A stretch of DNA of 60,318 nucleotides, filler included, from Nemertoderma westbladi (Eukaryota > Animalia > Xenacoelomorpha), in assembly GCA_032718475.1 (NCBI GenBank). It is 2 parts of 2 records of this genome, joined end to end, with 100 filler letters (N's around TTAATTAATTAA, not from the genome) between each part and the next. Parts side by side here need not be neighbours in the genome. Positions count along the whole stretch, not along the records: positions 1 to 31,832 come from JAUCBJ010001156.1; 1 more part is not named here. One strand, given 5' to 3'. Each line of letters opens with the position of its first letter. Within the stretch, counting starts at the first letter, position 1. Positions 11,545 to 23,302 of this stretch are shown piece after piece. A program made the position numbers and the translations under genes. The notes beneath the pieces are model-generated. The model was given only the letters and a program-made list of their open reading frames with translations, did not search any database and was not told where the DNA came from.

Positions 11545-13332
11545 TCATTTCAGTTTAGTTTGTTGGTTAATGGCTTTTGTTTGGGGGTTAGTGAAGGGAC
11601 AGGAAACCTTGGACATAAAGGAAGCCGACGAAGTTACGGGATTCCGACGGGGTAAACCCTTGTCGAGTTCCTCGGAACGACTGCGTTGGCGCGGAACTGT
11701 GGAGGAACGTTTCTCTCCGTCGAGTCGGTTCGAATTTTCGAGTTCCCCTTCCGGACTGTTCAACTCGTCTAGGGAGTGGAGATTCATCCGGGTCGCCGAA
11801 CTGCGGCAGTAGGCCTCGATAACCCGGAGAACCTCCACGTCCTCCTCGAACATACGACTCTCGGTCCGCTTCGTGAGGAACTCGTCGTCCGTGTGGAACC
11901 GCGAGCCGTGTCGCCGACGCAACGAGAGGAACCGCCGCATCGCCTTGGGTTCCCCGGCGTCGGCGGGCTCGGGACGCTGCGGCACCACCGGAGACGCGCG
12001 CGCCGGCGGGGCCGGCCGCAACCGACGGAGATCCCACGGCCGACTGCGCAGCTGGTCGTGCAGCAACGCGGGGTTGTTGCGGAGGTCCTCCGGGAGGACC
12101 AACCCGACCGCGGGGACCGCCGAGCCCACCCGGGTCGACGACTCCCCGCCGCCCCGGGAGTTCACCACGCGGATCTGGTGCTGCAGATGGTACAACCAAT
12201 CGGAGCGATTCCACCGCGACGGGAACTGAATCGAGAAGGATTCACCACCGCTGGTGAGCACCGCAATACCGAGCTCCTCTAAATCGGAAGCCGTTACTAC
12301 AAGATTCGATAAACTCCATTTACTACAGAAAATAAACCCGTTTGTTTGAAGATTTAATGCTAAACTAACTAGATACTCGGCGAATAGTATTAGGTAGCGG
12401 TCCGAGGAAGGGGAGACCACCGCCGTTCCCATGTAGATGATGTCGCCGAGGTCCTGGAAGCGAGCCGGCGGCGGTTGCCAGCCCTCCACCGCGGTGCGAC
12501 ATACCTCGATCTCCAACTCCTTGCGTCGCCGCAGATCGGCGCAACGCGACGCGAGGTCCGTGTACAGCGTGCCGGCGTGCTGGAGGGACTGCAGATCGGG
12601 GTGTCCGGGCGCGCAATGCCGGGACAACTCGAGGAGAGTCGGCGGGTAGTCCTCGAGACGACGGAAGGGCTGGCTGAACGCGGCGGTTAAACCGACAAAG
12701 TCGAACCGCGATACGGATTCCTTCGCAGCGAGGTCCTTAACGAGGTGGGATTTATACTCCTGTAACGTCTCCACCGCTTTGGGGTGGTTCCCTACGTAAC
12801 AGGTGTACAGGAGTTTAGCTACAGGCGCGGATTCGACGAATAATTGCCCGATATTCTGCTGGGGATAAGGGCAGGTCGTGGCGACTTGAAGTCGTCGCAG
12901 GTTATCCACCTTGAACGCGACTATCTCCTCGAGGTTTCCGCAGAGGGTAAAATAAGCTGTCGATGGAATCCCTGACTTACCAGCGTCTATTCGAGACTTC
13001 AGCGGCACCAGGAAGCTGGTTAGCAGAGTCTGCAAGTCGTTCACATGGGTGCGTTCCGATTCCATTAGGTTGTGGAGTATCTGGTTGTAGTAGGGCGTGG
13101 GTTGGCCCTGGAAGGCGGGTTGCCCGTCGGGGTAGAGCCGGGTGGTGTAGTTGGAAGGGAACCAGCCTATAGACCCCGCCAGCTCGCCCTCCCACCACCC
13201 ACCGTCCGGGTCTCGTAGGACTTGCACAGTGTCGCCCTTACTGAATATTAACTCGTCGTGCTCCTTACCTGTTCCCTTGAACGAGTACAAAGCTTTCGCT
13301 TTGAATAACTCCTCTGATTCTTTCGAACTCAT
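11545..13332 (-). CDS. ARHGEF7: Rho guanine nucleotide exchange factor 7 / beta-PIX-like (SH3-DH-PH plus GIT-binding motif), single coding exon
   Basis: SH3 (AKALYSF...DEL.FSKGD...GGWWEG...GWFPSNY), DH (YYNQILHNLMESERTHVNDLQ...QPFRRLEDYP..LLEL.RH), PH (LGDIIYMG...DRYLILF), PWDLRRLRPAPP and FEEDVEVLRVIEAYC (PIX GIT-binding motif EEDAQILKVIEAYC). First ATG at 13332. Confidence 0.9.
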   Translation of the reverse strand: MSSKESEELFKAKALYSFKGTGKEHDELIFSKGDTVQVLRDPDGGWWEGELAGSIGWFPSNYTTRLYPDGQPAFQGQPTPYYNQILHNLMESERTHVNDLQTLLTSFLVPLKSRIDAGKSGIPSTAYFTLCGNLEEIVAFKVDNLRRLQVATTCPYPQQNIGQLFVESAPVAKLLYTCYVGNHPKAVETLQEYKSHLVKDLAAKESVSRFDFVGLTAAFSQPFRRLEDYPPTLLELSRHCAPGHPDLQSLQHAGTLYTDLASRCADLRRRKELEIEVCRTAVEGWQPPPARFQDLGDIIYMGTAVVSPSSDRYLILFAEYLVSLALNLQTNGFIFCSKWSLSNLVVTASDLEELGIAVLTSGGESFSIQFPSRWNRSDWLYHLQHQIRVVNSRGGGESSTRVGSAVPAVGLVLPEDLRNNPALLHDQLRSRPWDLRRLRPAPPARASPVVPQRPEPADAGEPKAMRRFLSLRRRHGSRFHTDDEFLTKRTESRMFEEDVEVLRVIEAYCRSSATRMNLHSLDELNSPEGELENSNRLDGEKRSSTVPRQRSRSEELDKGLPRRNPVTSSASFMSKVSCPFTNPQTKAINQQTKLK

Positions 13333-13539
13333 TTTGTATTTCTTAGGTCGATTTATAACAGAATAGATCAGCAAAAATGAGACGATTGTGTCAAGGAATT
13401 CGTCAAATTAATTCACTTTGTTCTAATCAAATAGTTTTAGTTTAGATGCGCTAGTTTTTAAGTAACTCCAACCAGCCCAGCCCTGGATATAATAATTGAA
13501 GCGCTTGGCAACCTGCATAAATAAATCGGCAAAACAAAG

Positions 13540-13746
13540 TTATAATTCCGCCTCCTGTTGTCGTTGTTCCGATTCAGTTTTTTTCAATATCTCTAAGTAA
13601 TCCTTCACTTTAATCTTGTGAGGCAAAGTATCAGACAGGAAGGATAACTCGTCAAATTCAGTGAGACAGTTGGGCAAGTTGGCGTATTCTAAACTCTCCG
13701 ATTCAACATTAAAGGCGCATTGAGCCATATGGGCAATAAATAGTTC
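13540..13746 (-). CDS. CHRAC1: CHRAC1 histone-fold protein, exon 2 (last exon)
   Basis: Acceptor ttttctag|GAA; ELFIAHMAQCAF...LEYANL....EFDELSFLSDTLPHKIKVKDYL matches the CHRAC1 C-terminal half; phase-0 join to exon 1. Confidence 0.85.
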   Translation of the reverse strand, partial: ELFIAHMAQCAFNVESESLEYANLPNCLTEFDELSFLSDTLPHKIKVKDYLEILKKTESEQRQQEAEL

Positions 13747-14279
13747 CTAGAAAACAAAAAAACATGTATCAAAATATAGCTCCGTCTCAGGTCTCATCTA
13801 CATAATTTAACACATGTTTACAACTGTACAATGTATGTCTAGTTCTTAAGTTGTGTCTGTGCTGTGCGCAGGGATGGTTAAAACCTAATTTTAAAAAAAG
13901 CAAAATTAGGTTTTTTCTTTAATTGAATAAAACCTAATAAAACCTACATTTTCATACAAAAATTAAGAAATTTTCGAGAACCAATGACATATTGCTGTTT
14001 TGAAGGTTGTAACACCCACTAAATCGACCATTGCGGTTTCATTGCGCCTATTCTCAAGTCTGTGAAGCAATTGCAAGTATGACTTATTAACTTCTATAAT
14101 AATTGATGATCTCACCAAACTATGGCAAAACTACTGAACTATCGTACACGTACAGTACTGCATACTGCAGTTAGCACTGTAGCTGTTACAGTTACTGAAA
14201 TACAGTAGGCTGGTAGGCCTATCCTATACATACTGACATAGTTAACATTAAACATAGATTAAACATATTAACCATTTAG

Positions 14280-16380
14280 GGTAACGCGTCATTAGGTCCT
14301 TTGGTCGTTAGGTCCCGCGTCATTAGGTCCTGTGAGTGGTCGTTAGGTCCTGCGGCATTAGGTCCTGCGGCGTTAAGTCCTGCGTCATTAGGTCCTGCGA
14401 CATTAGGTCTTCTATAATAGCGTCATTAGGTCCTTTGGTCGTTAGGTCCTGCGTCATTAGGTCCTCTGCGGCTTTGGCGATTGGGGGGTTTCCAGATTTT
14501 TCAGTTTTTTTAATTTTTCATTTCACATTTCATTTTGTCATTTTTCATAGTTATAAAGTTAACGTTATGAGAAATATTTTCGACTAAAACAGGTCGAGCG
14601 CAACGAGGCTTGTAATGTTCTATGGTGACGACAGTGTCATCTTCAGTTCATCGTCAGTCTACGTTATGAAATATATTTTCGGATAAAACAGGACGAGCGC
14701 AACGAGGCTTGTAATGTTCTATGGTGACGAGTACTGCGTCCCTAAACTATTCTCCTAAACCAATTGACTAGCACAGTTCCCATGAGCACTGCTCATACGA
14801 CCTACAAAAATAGTTCACATAAATAGAAAAAAGTTCCCCCTCCCTCCCGCTCCCAAATAAACGCCCACTCAAAACTTGATTCAAATAGCCGCACTACTTT
14901 TATCTTCAACATTACTAACACATATTTTCACAAATGTTCAACAACATTAACATATGATAACACAAACACAACACTATAAAGAATGAATAAATGATTAAAG
15001 TAAAAATTAGAACGATTTTGAATGGTACCGGTATACAAAAATAACTCAGTTAAGTAGTTCTTTCAAGTTCACGGTTAAGTAGTCTACCACCCCAGCACAC
15101 TGCCTCGCAACGGCAGTAGGCCAACCTACCGTTTATACCGACCTACCCTTTCTACTACCGGTGTCACAAGGAAATCAGCCCCCCCTAGAATATGCCCCCC
15201 GGGGCATTATTTCCTAGGATATTATGTCCCCCCGGGCAATTTTTCCTAGGAAATTTAGCCCGGGGGGGCATTTTCTCCTTAGGAAATAATGCCTCCCCTC
15301 AGGAAAATTAGCCCCCCTCAAAAGTCTGAAAACTGGTACGATACCGGTCTGCTGGTAGCCACTTTTAATCTACCAACTGCAGAACTTGTAATAGTTGGAA
15401 GAATAGTACGGTACCGGTCTGCCGGTAGGTAAGCAGGTAAGGCAGTAAGGGATGTAGAACAGCATACTGAAGTATCTAAGTCAGTAGGCTACTGTAGTAA
15501 GTACTGGTATAACAGCAGTGCGAGTGTGTGGTGTTGTGTGGGCGCCGAGCAGCTCCAAGCTTTTTTAAGTCTGTAACCTGCTCCTTTCCCTGATTTGGTA
15601 AAGTGATTGTTTATTGTTTTGGTTAGAAAATCCCGCCTCTGTAACCTGCTCCCTTCTCTCAATTGGTAATGTTATCGTATGTTGTTTTGGTTAGAAAATC
15701 CCGTCTCTGTAACCTGCTCCTTTCCCTGATTTGCTAAAGTGACTGTTTATTGTTTTGGTTAGAAAATCCCGCCTCTGTAACCTGATCCTTTCCCTCAATT
15801 ACTTAAATGATCGTTTATTGTTTTGGTTAGAAAGGCATGCCTCTGGAACCTGCTCCTTTCCTTCATTTGGTAAAGTGACTGTTTATTGTTTTGTATAATT
15901 TTTGTAAGTTTTAGTAGTAATAAGTTTTGTTTATTGTATAATTCAGGGGGGGCATAATTTCCTAAGGGGGGGCATTTTTTCCTAGGGAAATTTGCCCGGG
16001 GGGGGGGCATTTTTTCCTAGGAAAATATGCCCCCCCGGGCACATTTCCCGGGGGGGCATATTTTCCTGTTACACCGGTACCTACGATATTGCCATATAGC
16101 TGTATAGGCCTACCTTGTATACCAGTATACAGTGGCCTACCGGACACCGGTACCTGTCCTGCTGTCAGCCTGTTCACTGTACAGTAGTGGAATACAGGAC
16201 CTAACGACGCAGGCAGGCAGGACCTAACGACGCTCCACAGGACCTAACGTCGCACGATATGACACAACAGGACCTAATGACGCAGGACCTAATGTCGCAG
16301 GACCTAATGCCTCAGGACCTAACGACGCAGGACCTAACGACGCAGGACCTAACGACCAAAGGACCCAACGACGCGGAACC
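14280..16380. mobile_element. Non-autonomous Mutator-like element with 15-bp subterminal tandem repeats
   Basis: 9-bp TSD ACCATTTAG (14271-14279, 16381-16389). Imperfect TIRs GGTAACGCGTCATTAGGTCCTTTGGTCGTTAGGTCC / reverse complement at right end. GCGTCATTAGGTCCT arrays at both ends in inverted orientation. Confidence 0.85.
15158..16077. mobile_element. Nested non-autonomous TIR element (CCGGTGT termini, TA flanks) with internal 68-bp tandem repeat
   Basis: TA|CCGGTGTCACAAGGAAA ... TTTTCCTGTTACACCGG|TA; CCTAGGAAA/GGGGGGCA subterminal repeats; ~5 copies of a 68-bp unit at 15571-15890. Confidence 0.75.
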
Positions 16381-17289
16381 ACCATTTAGTGGGGCGTTTG
16401 CGCAGCTCATCATTGAGAAAATTTGTTACAGCGTTAAGTTTAACAGTTTAAGTACCACTCGAAAGGATGACTGGATGATAAATTGATAAACAATTTAGGA
16501 GAAGTTTGCCGGCATTTGCCCCACCCCACTCCTCCACTCCTGCAGCTGCACTCACTAGTCAGCGATTGGACTATTTCGCCTCCGAGCACCTAGTGTCCTG
16601 GCAGCCTGGTGGTAGAGGTAGACTGGAGAACTGCATCAACTGCAGACATATCACAGTATCAAGCAGACAAACCGGGTCCGTCTAAAAGCCACATCGGACC
16701 CAATCGGTACCACATCGGACCAAATCGGACCACATCGGGGCCACATCGGACCACATCGGGGCCACATCGGAGCCACATCGGCCACAAAATAGCAATTTAG
16801 GATGTAAATAACAAGTTCCAGCACCAACCAGCCAACTGACCAAACTCGTATCAGTAATTCAGTAATTGTTAGTCTTTCTGACAACAGGTCAGGCTGGTAA
16901 CCGGTACTGCACTGCAGTAGGTACTAGATACTACAATATCTAATGCAGAGACTATTGCCCCTACTTATACAGTACTGTACCCGTCTGCCTGCAGGTATAC
17001 ACAATGAGCTTGGCAGTTATTGTATTTGTATAATTATACTATACTATACTGTACTATATACTGACTGACTGATATATAACACATGCACTAGAGACAATCT
17101 TCAGTTCTCCAGTCTGCGGAAGGGAAGGCAAGAAGTTTGAAAGAGAAAACGTTATCAAATGCATTGTTTGAAATAATTTGAAACGGGGGGGGGGGGGGGG
17201 GGGGGGACTGGACGCAAATCCCATCTTGGCGAATTAATATCCCGCCTCAATGTTATATTCTCAATTTAGGGAAAGGAGCAGGTTGCAGT

Positions 17290-18506
17290 GGCCCCGATGT
17301 GGTCCGATGTGGTACCGATTGGGTCCGATGTGGTACCGATTGGGTCCGATGTGGTACCCATAAGGTCCGATGTGATACCGATTTGGTCCGATTGGGTCCG
17401 ATGTGGTGCCGATTTGTTCCAATGTCGTACCGATGTGGTACCGATTGGGTCCGATGTGGTACCGATTGGGTCCGATGTGGTACCCATAAGGTCCGATGTG
17501 GTACCGATTTGGTCCAATGTGGTACCGATTTGGTCCGATGTGGTACCGATTGGGTCCGATGTGGTACTGATTGGGTCCGATGTGGTACCCATAAGGTCCG
17601 ATGTGATACCGATTTGGTCCGATTTGGTACCGATTGGGTCTGATGTGGTACCCATTTGGTCCAATGTGGTACCCATTTGGTCCGATGTGGTACCCATATG
17701 GTCCGATATGGTACCCATTTGATCCGATGTGGTACCGATTTGGTCCAATGTGGTACCGATTTGGTCCGATGTGGTACCGATTGGGTCCGATGTGGTACCG
17801 ATTGGGTCCGATGTGGTACCCATAAGGTCCGATGTGATACCGATTTGGTCCGATTTGGTACCGATTGGGTCCGATGTGGTGCCGATTTGTTCCAATGTCG
17901 TACCGATGTGGTACCGATTGGGTCCGATGTGGTACCGATTGGGTCCGATGTGGTACCCATAAGGTCCGATGTGGTACCGATTTGGTCCAATGTGGTACCG
18001 ATTTGGTCCGATGTGGTACCGATTGGGTCCGATGTGGTACCGATTGGGTCCGATGTGGTACCCATAAGGTCCGATGTGATACCGATTTGGTCCGATTTGG
18101 TACCGATTGGGTCCGATGTGGTGCCGATTGGGTCCGATGTGGTACCGATTGGGTCCGATGTGGTACCCATAAGGTCCGATGTGATACCGATTTGGTCCGA
18201 TTTGGTACCGATTGGGTCCGATGTGGTGCCGATTTGTTCCAATGTCGTACCGATGTGGTACCGATTGGGTCCGATGTGGTACCGATTGGGTCCGATGTGG
18301 TACCCATAAGGTCCGATGTGGTACCGATTTGGTCCAATGTGGTACCGATTTGGTCCGATGTGGTACCGATTGGGTCCGATGTGGTACCGATTGGGTCCGA
18401 TGTGGTACCCATTAGGTCCGATGTGATACCGATTGGGTCCGATGTGGTGCCGATTTGTTACAATGTGGTACCAATGTGGTACCGATTGGGTCCGATGTGG
18501 TACTGA
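17290..18506. repeat. 21-bp tandem array (CCGATGTGGTACCGATTGGGT), left arm of MULE
   Basis: Direct reading; 7-aa periodic spurious ORFs (HIGPNRY, GTTSDPI). Confidence 0.95.
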
Positions 18507-19624
18507 TTTTCTTATTATTTTGGTTAATGCAGCATACATGTAACTGTAAGCGCAACCTGTTCTTTTACTTTATTTTGTTTATTTGTCAGTTTATTAATGT
18601 TTAATAATTTGGCATAATGATATACTGTAATACCCAAAAAATATCAACATCTAGGAGAAGAGTATTTTGTACTCTTGATGACATTTGAATTCCCAATAGA
18701 CTGTATGGTTTATGAATGCCACGGCGTTTTATCACCGAACATCTAACTGTCAATCGAAAGAGACATTGTAGTAACACGATATGCGATCCGAGGATTCAAT
18801 CATGCAACATATTCTTCCACCAATCGGAATGGACTGTGGAGTCGTCTGGGATCTCTGGATCATGTGCGGTACCGATTAGGTCTGACCGGGTCTGATGTGG
18901 TAGCGATTAGGTACGATGTGAACCCGGTTGGATCCGATGTGGTATCGATTTGGACCGATGTGGTAACTCTATCCTACACACTTATTTTAATTTATTTTGT
19001 GTATTTTACGATCACTATTCTAGGTACTTATTTTACATTGTATATCAGTATATTGCATACTTTCAGTACATATTTACTAATATTGTAATTAATTGATATT
19101 GGACTTGTTTTATATCGTGTATACTGTATGTTAAGTTAATATTAAACTATGTTGATGGGTTTTATTGTGTGTAAGTGATACTTTCACAAAAATATGTTAA
19201 TAATGGTTCCACGTCCTGGTCATTCATTATTATTTAATTTTTACTTTATTAAACTTGGATTTGTCCCATACTGTATACTTCGCTAAACGGACCCAAAGCA
19301 CCCGGTTTCTACCTTTTCCTCATCCCAGAGGTTTTTCTATGGTGTTACAGTACACTATTTTTATATGTCAGAAGGAAGCAATATACAGTACTCCTTGGGA
19401 AGAACAGAAAATCACTGTGTTTTTGTACTATACTAAAAGGTTGTGGATGTCCGTAAATAACAAGTCATTGAAGGACCATGTTCTAGTGGAAAATATTTTA
19501 TGTTAGCCGGAAAACCAAAACACTAAGCGAGCTAAAGCCTCGCTTAGTAAAACCTGGAACCTTTTTGAGATTCAAATCCGTTTTAGGAGCTTATCGTGCC
19601 AAGGAGCACGAGAAATCCATTACA

Positions 19625-19737
19625 CAAATGTCATGGGTGAAAGGGAGTTGTGGCGGGGCAATTTTGTCGACAAACCTGAACAGCATTCTTAATATATATA
19701 ATGCAGCTGCAATGCAGCATGCCGATCGTAGTAGTAG
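19625..19737 (+). mobile_element. Short 3' fragment of RTE-like non-LTR retrotransposon inside the MULE
   Basis: High similarity to 48876-48982 (CAAATGTCATGGGTGA.AGGGAGTTGTGGCGG...GCAGCTGCAATGCAGCATGCCGATC) and ends in a (TAG)n tail. Confidence 0.8.
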
Positions 19738-20327
19738 CTCTCTAAGCAATAATCCAAACGGAATGAACTCAATGAAGATACACTACTGTATAGAATATCA
19801 AGCTAACAGTCGGCCGAGGATGGAGGCGTCCCGAATTATCCTCTTTCAATTGCTGCAACCCGAAGGTGGGGGTGGGTGGGCGCTTCTCCTTTCCCAAGTT
19901 TTGCTCCAAGTACCGGTAAGTCAACTGGTCCGCATTTTATCGACCTGGAATGACCACAAAAACGACCAAGATTGTCTTAAACCATGGCAAACTTAGGCAA
20001 TTTTAGCAAGCCATAAAAACTTTTGAAACTTTTAGTACGAAAAATATTGGGATGGGTGCCAGAATGGGACTACAGCACGAAAACTAACACATCTACAGTA
20101 TGTAATTGGCGGTTGCGCTTTTGGATAGCCCATTAAAATTTTAAATGACACCCCCCACCCCCCGGCCAAATTGGGTTAAATAAATATTTCATAAATAGTT
20201 GATAAATGTTTGGATTTATCATATTTTGAAACTACTATAAAATTGGCACCTAATTTTAATAAAATCCATCAATTAAGCAAAGGTATCATAACAGTTCCTA
20301 ACACTACTATTACGTACAAAGGTTCCC

Positions 20328-22079
20328 TTGGGGGATAAATCCAATACCTATTTTGTTATTGACAGATCAAATTGTGGACCAGGTGAAATGAATCGTTATG
20401 AAGATGATTGTGGGGCCTGGCTGAGTAAGAAGGGTACGACAACGCTTACATCATATTCGTGTACGGCGCAAGAGGGTAGGACCAATCACTCTAATATAGG
20501 AAACAGACTTTTCCTTTATAAAGGAAAATACTGCCTGGAGAAAACGAACTGTGGGACCCGTCTTTACGAACCAGTTAACCCCCAACCGACTTCCGACGAA
20601 ATAATAACTATAAAACGTTATTATGCAATCTTAAAAGCGGAAAATTCGTTTCGAAAACGTGTCTCATACATAACACAATGTCCATCAACATGGCCCGTTG
20701 AAATAACTACGAAAGCAGTGTACGAATATATTGGAATTTATCCCAATTCACCCATTCCACATGGAAACAAGAAATATATTATTACAGAAGAATCAGATGG
20801 TTTTATTCGCGCTAACAAACAGACACTTGACAGAGCTGATGATATTCTTCAACATATTCCAGCCAAGAAGGCATATAATCAACTGTTGCAGGAGGAGTTG
20901 CTGCCTCGCAATTCAAAACAATTGAGGCATAGAAAGTACTTGTTAAAGAGGAAAGCAGAAGATGCATATGGGGAACAGATTATTCGAAACTTCGCTGATC
21001 AAATTCTGGCTGTTGAATCTATGATTCAAACAAACCCATACGTGCAGTGTGTAATACACATGAAGGATGATGTCCCTCTAATCATTCTGTATAGCGAGAA
21101 CCAGGTGAATGATATTAAGAGGTTCTGTTGCCGTGGTAATGCTGTATATTCTTTTGATAAAACGTTTAACCTTGGCCAACTTCTGGTTACTGTAAGTGTT
21201 TTTAAAAATTTATCTGTCTTGCACATTGAATCGAACGAACATCCAATATTTATTGGTCCTCTACTGGTCCATGGTAAGTCAACATTTTTAGTGTTCCACT
21301 ATTTCATATCTCATATTCGTGGCTTGTTAAATGATGAACCACTGTTAAAACTAAAGCTGGGATCAGACAATGAGTTAGCTTTGCGAAAGGCAATGACAAC
21401 CTCATTCCCAAATTCCCCGATGTTACTTTGTCTTAACCATATGAAAAAGAACGTGAACAAGAATCTCACTGACACGGGAGTTCCCAAAGATCTCCGTATC
21501 GAGACAATGACGAAAATATTCGGACCATCCGGGATAATTCACGCCAAGGACGACAACGAATACCAAACTCTTTGCAACAATGTCTTGTCGCACAAGAAGT
21601 TACCCATGTCAATGAAGAATTATTTGACTAAGACAGCGTTTCCCCTAATTCTGGAAAATATTTGGGATCCAATTCATAACAATATTATAGAATCATTTTG
21701 GACAAATAATAATAACGAGTCTGCGAACCACCTATTTAAGCAGGCATTTGAGTGGAAGCCTCGCCCACTTCCAGAGTTGGTTAGATTATTAACAGGGGTC
21801 ATAGATTCAATGTATAGGGATGTGGAAATAGCAATCATTGGACAAGGTAATTATAAACTTGATATAACTTATAAAAGATTCCGACTAACTCCCAGTGCCT
21901 GGGAAGGGATGAACACGGAGCAAAGGCAGAAACATGTGAAGGCCTTTCTGAACTTTGTTCCACGTGGTACCTACGCCGCTGTTACATCCAGCGATGGAAA
22001 ACTAGCTACGATAAAGCCCAAATTGACAGGTGGTAAAAAGAAGGGGCAAAAGGCGCGTAAACGGTCGGGGAAGAAGTAA
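20328..22079 (+). CDS. MULE/MuDR-family DDE transposase (true 5' end uncertain; possible acceptor at 20294, first ATG 20388)
   Basis: SFDKTFNLG (D1), GSDNELALRKAM...F.....LLCLNHMKKN (D2 plus CxxH), WTNNNNESANHLFK (E), basic C-terminal NLS-like tail; 583 codons uninterrupted. Confidence 0.9.
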   Translation: MGDKSNTYFVIDRSNCGPGEMNRYEDDCGAWLSKKGTTTLTSYSCTAQEGRTNHSNIGNRLFLYKGKYCLEKTNCGTRLYEPVNPQPTSDEIITIKRYYAILKAENSFRKRVSYITQCPSTWPVEITTKAVYEYIGIYPNSPIPHGNKKYIITEESDGFIRANKQTLDRADDILQHIPAKKAYNQLLQEELLPRNSKQLRHRKYLLKRKAEDAYGEQIIRNFADQILAVESMIQTNPYVQCVIHMKDDVPLIILYSENQVNDIKRFCCRGNAVYSFDKTFNLGQLLVTVSVFKNLSVLHIESNEHPIFIGPLLVHGKSTFLVFHYFISHIRGLLNDEPLLKLKLGSDNELALRKAMTTSFPNSPMLLCLNHMKKNVNKNLTDTGVPKDLRIETMTKIFGPSGIIHAKDDNEYQTLCNNVLSHKKLPMSMKNYLTKTAFPLILENIWDPIHNNIIESFWTNNNNESANHLFKQAFEWKPRPLPELVRLLTGVIDSMYRDVEIAIIGQGNYKLDITYKRFRLTPSAWEGMNTEQRQKHVKAFLNFVPRGTYAAVTSSDGKLATIKPKLTGGKKKGQKARKRSGKK

Positions 22080-23302
22080 ATATAGTGTATAGGTCAACTT
22101 TATACTGTATTATATGATATTTTGTTCTGATTATAAAACTTATAAACTTCAAATAAAAACCATCTGTAACATTTAATTGAACTAGGCCTACGGGAAGTAC
22201 ACTACACAGTATATGGCCCAAATTAAATTTGGATAAAATAAGAATTAATTTTATCGAAAGACCAGATCAGTGACCAACAAAATCAACATACTTTTGTAAA
22301 AGTAGCCCACTTAACAGAGTGTGTTATACAGTATATAAGCGAGGGTTATAATATACAGTCTTATTGAAACCTACTCAAAAGTATGTTATTAATAATTTAA
22401 TACAATTATAATAAATATATTTTACGAAATTCCACTAAAAATACTTTAAAATTTGTTATCTTTGCTTTTTGTGCCGGGCCGGAAATGAGTAAAATCAATG
22501 CAATATTTTTTCCTTAGGGAAAATAGTGCCCATCTCGTTATTAATCGATAATTTTCTCAGCGCAAAAACTATGTAAAAAATATAAATAAATGTATAACTA
22601 GAGTAATGTATAATAATATGAAATACAGTATAAATAATATGCAATGATCTGGGATTGTTTGAGAAATAAATTATATAAGAAATTGAAAATATTTATTTAC
22701 TTCCTAAGTAAAAACGCAACGACATGCGCACACCACAATAGATTAAAACAATTCCAACGGTCACTAATGGCTGATAGTGGCCGTAACTAAATAATATAAT
22801 AATACATTATCTATAATTTGATCTTCAAAAAGTTGATAATTTATAATTAGATAAAATGTACTGTGTAGGCCTACAGTACATATGAAATACAGTATAAATA
22901 TGTCATGATCTGGGATTGTTTGAGCAATAAAGTAGATAGCACCTCCAGCGTCCATGGATCCCAGGCGACTCCATTCCGATTGGTGGAAGAATATGTTGCA
23001 TGATTGAATCCTCGGATCGCATATCGTGTTACTACAATGTCTCTTTCGATTGAAGGTTAGATGTTCGGTGATAAAACGCCATGGCATTCATAAACCATAC
23101 AGTCTATTGGGAATTCAAATGTCATCAAGAGCACAAAATACTCTTTTCCTAGATGTTGATATTTTTTGGGTATTACAGTATATCGTATATCATTATGCCA
23201 AATTATTAAACATTAATAAACTGACAAATAAACGAAATATATAAAAGAACAGGTTGCGCTTACAGTTACATGTATGCTGCATTAACCAAAATAATAAGAA
23301 AA

